Positions 62,397 to 64,000 of a stretch of 64,000 nt of DNA are shown piece after piece. The notes beneath the pieces are model-generated. The model saw nothing but the letters and a program-made list of their open reading frames with translations. It was not told the DNA's origin and ran no database searches. Positions within the stretch are counted from its first letter, which is position 1. Every line of letters begins with the position of its first letter. The translations under genes and the position numbers were made by a program. The DNA is from Actinomycetes bacterium. Its GTDB lineage: Bacteria > Actinomycetota > Acidimicrobiia > Acidimicrobiales > CADCSY01. The stretch covers positions 17,056 through 81,055 of the forward strand of contig JANNOZ010000005.1 in the NCBI GenBank assembly GCA_031399525.1, in the 5' to 3' direction.

Positions 62397-62909
62397 TCAG
62401 ATCAGGCCCCGGATGTGGTCGGCCAGGCCCTCGTCCGCCTCGAGGTGGGGATAACCGAGGTAGAAGGCACTGGCGGCGGCCTCGGGTGTCTCAAAGGAGC
62501 AGTGCTCCCAAAGGACATTGAGGTCGTCGACGTCGGCGGCTCGTGACGCAAACAGCTTCATCAGGAACACCTGATCGAACGGTGCGGCCAAGACAGTGAG
62601 TTCCGGTCGGTCGATGAGGACCTCGCAGGCATCTTGGTTGAAGGTCGCCGGCAGAAAGGGCTTGGCGTGATCGTTCAGCCACTGCGGCGCCAGTCCGTGC
62701 TGCAGTGCGACACGGGCGATGGCAGCACGCAGGTCCGCGTCGATCGGGGTCGTGGTGTCCACGTCGCGAGTGGCGTCGCGGAGCCCCCGAAGGGCGAGGA
62801 GCGCACCGCCGACCACCACGATGCTCCGGCTGGGGCCGTTTCCGAGTTGATCGGAGACTTCGCGGAGCAGTGCTGTGATGTCCTGGGCGCCGAGCGGACG
62901 ATCAGACAC
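62397..62909 (-). CDS. nucleotidyltransferase-fold protein (AbiEii/DUF6036-like)
   Basis: VVVGGALLALRGLRDATRDVD matches the G-x(n)-D-x-D minimal NTase pattern. 8-nt overlap with the upstream HTH gene. Confidence 0.45.
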   Translation of the reverse strand: MSDRPLGAQDITALLREVSDQLGNGPSRSIVVVGGALLALRGLRDATRDVDTTTPIDADLRAAIARVALQHGLAPQWLNDHAKPFLPATFNQDACEVLIDRPELTVLAAPFDQVFLMKLFASRAADVDDLNVLWEHCSFETPEAAASAFYLGYPHLEADEGLADHIRGLI

Positions 62910-63492
62910 CGATTGTTCGCCGATCGCGCCAGAGGCTCTCCGTGTCGATCATCAACCCGCGGGCAGAGAGCTGGGGCGGGATCGCGAGGAGCACGCCGGG
63001 GCGAACAGGGGGTTGGAACGGCTGGTCGAGACCGGGTGTCGACTCGGTCCAAACCGGCCGGGGGAGGAGGGCGTCGTCGGCGATCTTCTCGGCGACACCG
63101 GCCAGGAGCGAGTCGACAACCGGTGATCCGGACGGAAGCGGGGCCGAGTAGATCGCCTCGGGGACGTGCTCGGGGTGCAGGGCGAGGTGATCAAGCAGGG
63201 TTCGCCATCGGGGCCAATCGACCCGGACCTGGCCCCTCCGGGAGGACCAGGACCACGCCGTGCCCAGGTCGCCGAGTCGAGGTGTTCGACGGGTTCCCTG
63301 CCGGACGACGCTGAACTGCAGTTCAAAACCGGCGGCCTCGATGATCTGCTCGACCGTGTGGAGGGTTGGGTCGACCATGTGTCCTTGAATCCGCGTGATG
63401 GTCGAGCCGGAAACCTCAGCCGTCTTCGCCAGTGTCCGGACAGACATACCAGCTGAGCCCTTGGTTCTCGTGATGATCTCTCCAGCCAGCAT
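62902..63492 (-). CDS. XRE-type helix-turn-helix protein with ~130-aa C-terminal domain
   Basis: MSVRTLAKTAEVSGSTITRIQGHMVDPTLHTVEQIIEAAG HTH. ATG at 63492. Confidence 0.55.
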   Translation of the reverse strand: MLAGEIITRTKGSAGMSVRTLAKTAEVSGSTITRIQGHMVDPTLHTVEQIIEAAGFELQFSVVRQGTRRTPRLGDLGTAWSWSSRRGQVRVDWPRWRTLLDHLALHPEHVPEAIYSAPLPSGSPVVDSLLAGVAEKIADDALLPRPVWTESTPGLDQPFQPPVRPGVLLAIPPQLSARGLMIDTESLWRDRRTIGV

Positions 63493-63562
63493 GATGTAAG
63501 CATAGATGCATACAGTGGACGAGGGATCGTCCCGAGGACTCCCGAGCCCAGGACGCCTGCTT

Positions 63563-63596
63563 CCGGCCAGTAGCGTCGGGGCCCGCATGGTGACCA
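63563..63596 (+). repeat. 34-nt direct repeat, copy 2 (includes the gltX start codon)
   Basis: CCGGCCAGTAGCGTCGGGGCCCGCATGGTGACCA. Confidence 0.85.
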
Positions 63597-64000
63597 ACCC
63601 GTCAGAACCGGCCGGCCGACCTCGCCTGCGGTTTGCCCCCAGCCCGACGGGGTTCTTGCACGTCGGTTCGGCTCGGGCTGCGCTCTACAACTGGCTCTAC
63701 GCCCGCCAGCACGGCGGCGAGCTGCTGCTGCGCATCGAGGACACCGACGACGAGCGCAACCGCGAGGAGTGGGTCGAGGGGATTGGCACGTCGCTGCATT
63801 GGCTCGGCCTCGACTGGGACGGCGAGCCCATCCGCCAATCGACCCGGTCGGCTCGCCACCACGAGGCGGCTGCCACCCTGGGCGAAGCCGGGCGCACCTA
63901 TTGGTGTGACTGCACCCGTGACGCCATCGACGCTCGAGCCAAGGAGCGGGGTGGCCCTCCGGGCTACGACGGGTTCTGCCGCGACCGAGACCTCGGCCCG
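63587..64000 (+). CDS. gltX: glutamate--tRNA ligase (5' part; runs off the window)
   Basis: Not in the ORF track because there is no stop in the window. Hand translation gives [54 protein letters not shown]... with the HIGH-type motif and no stop through 64000. Confidence 0.9.
   Translation, partial: MVTNPSEPAGRPRLRFAPSPTGFLHVGSARAALYNWLYARQHGGELLLRIEDTDDERNREEWVEGIGTSLHWLGLDWDGEPIRQSTRSARHHEAAATLGEAGRTYWCDCTRDAIDARAKERGGPPGYDGFCRDRDLGP

Overview
High-GC (about 70%) chromosomal segment that looks actinobacterial: GatCAB, a PASTA-domain Ser/Thr kinase, F420/LLM-type oxidoreductases, actinobacterial-type SerC, and many genes with no Shine-Dalgarno sequence. It is mostly core metabolism. A dispersed branched-chain amino-acid set (ilvD, ilvBNC, leuD, leuC, leuB-ilvE-cimA) is mixed with serC, aspC and serA. 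Housekeeping genes include galT, a UvrD-like helicase, a cysteine desulfurase with mnmA, ligA, gatCAB, greA and the 5' end of gltX. There is also an Fe3+-type ABC importer, sodC, phoX, a MATE pump, and assorted hydrolases and methyltransferases. I saw no rRNA, tRNA, CRISPR array, transposase or integrase. The points most worth a second look are: (1) a six-gene, translationally coupled operon of ECF sigma, zinc anti-sigma, ABC ATPase, two tandem paralogous ~550-aa polytopic proteins and a small membrane protein, preceded by a perfectly symmetric 66-bp nested palindrome; (2) two similarly built leader-peptide attenuators upstream of ilvB and of leuB-ilvE-cimA; (3) leuC and leuD separated by a lower-GC, opposite-strand lipoprotein gene; (4) a triple-frameshifted DUF559-type gene bracketed by two copies of a ~40-bp palindromic repeat; (5) 34-bp direct repeats containing the start codons of an M48 peptidase gene and of gltX, bounding a 2.4-kb segment that carries an HTH/nucleotidyltransferase-fold gene pair. 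All calls come from reading the ORF translations and the DNA by eye. No database search was run. Many long ORFs in the track are antisense or out-of-frame artefacts of the high GC content and were ignored.
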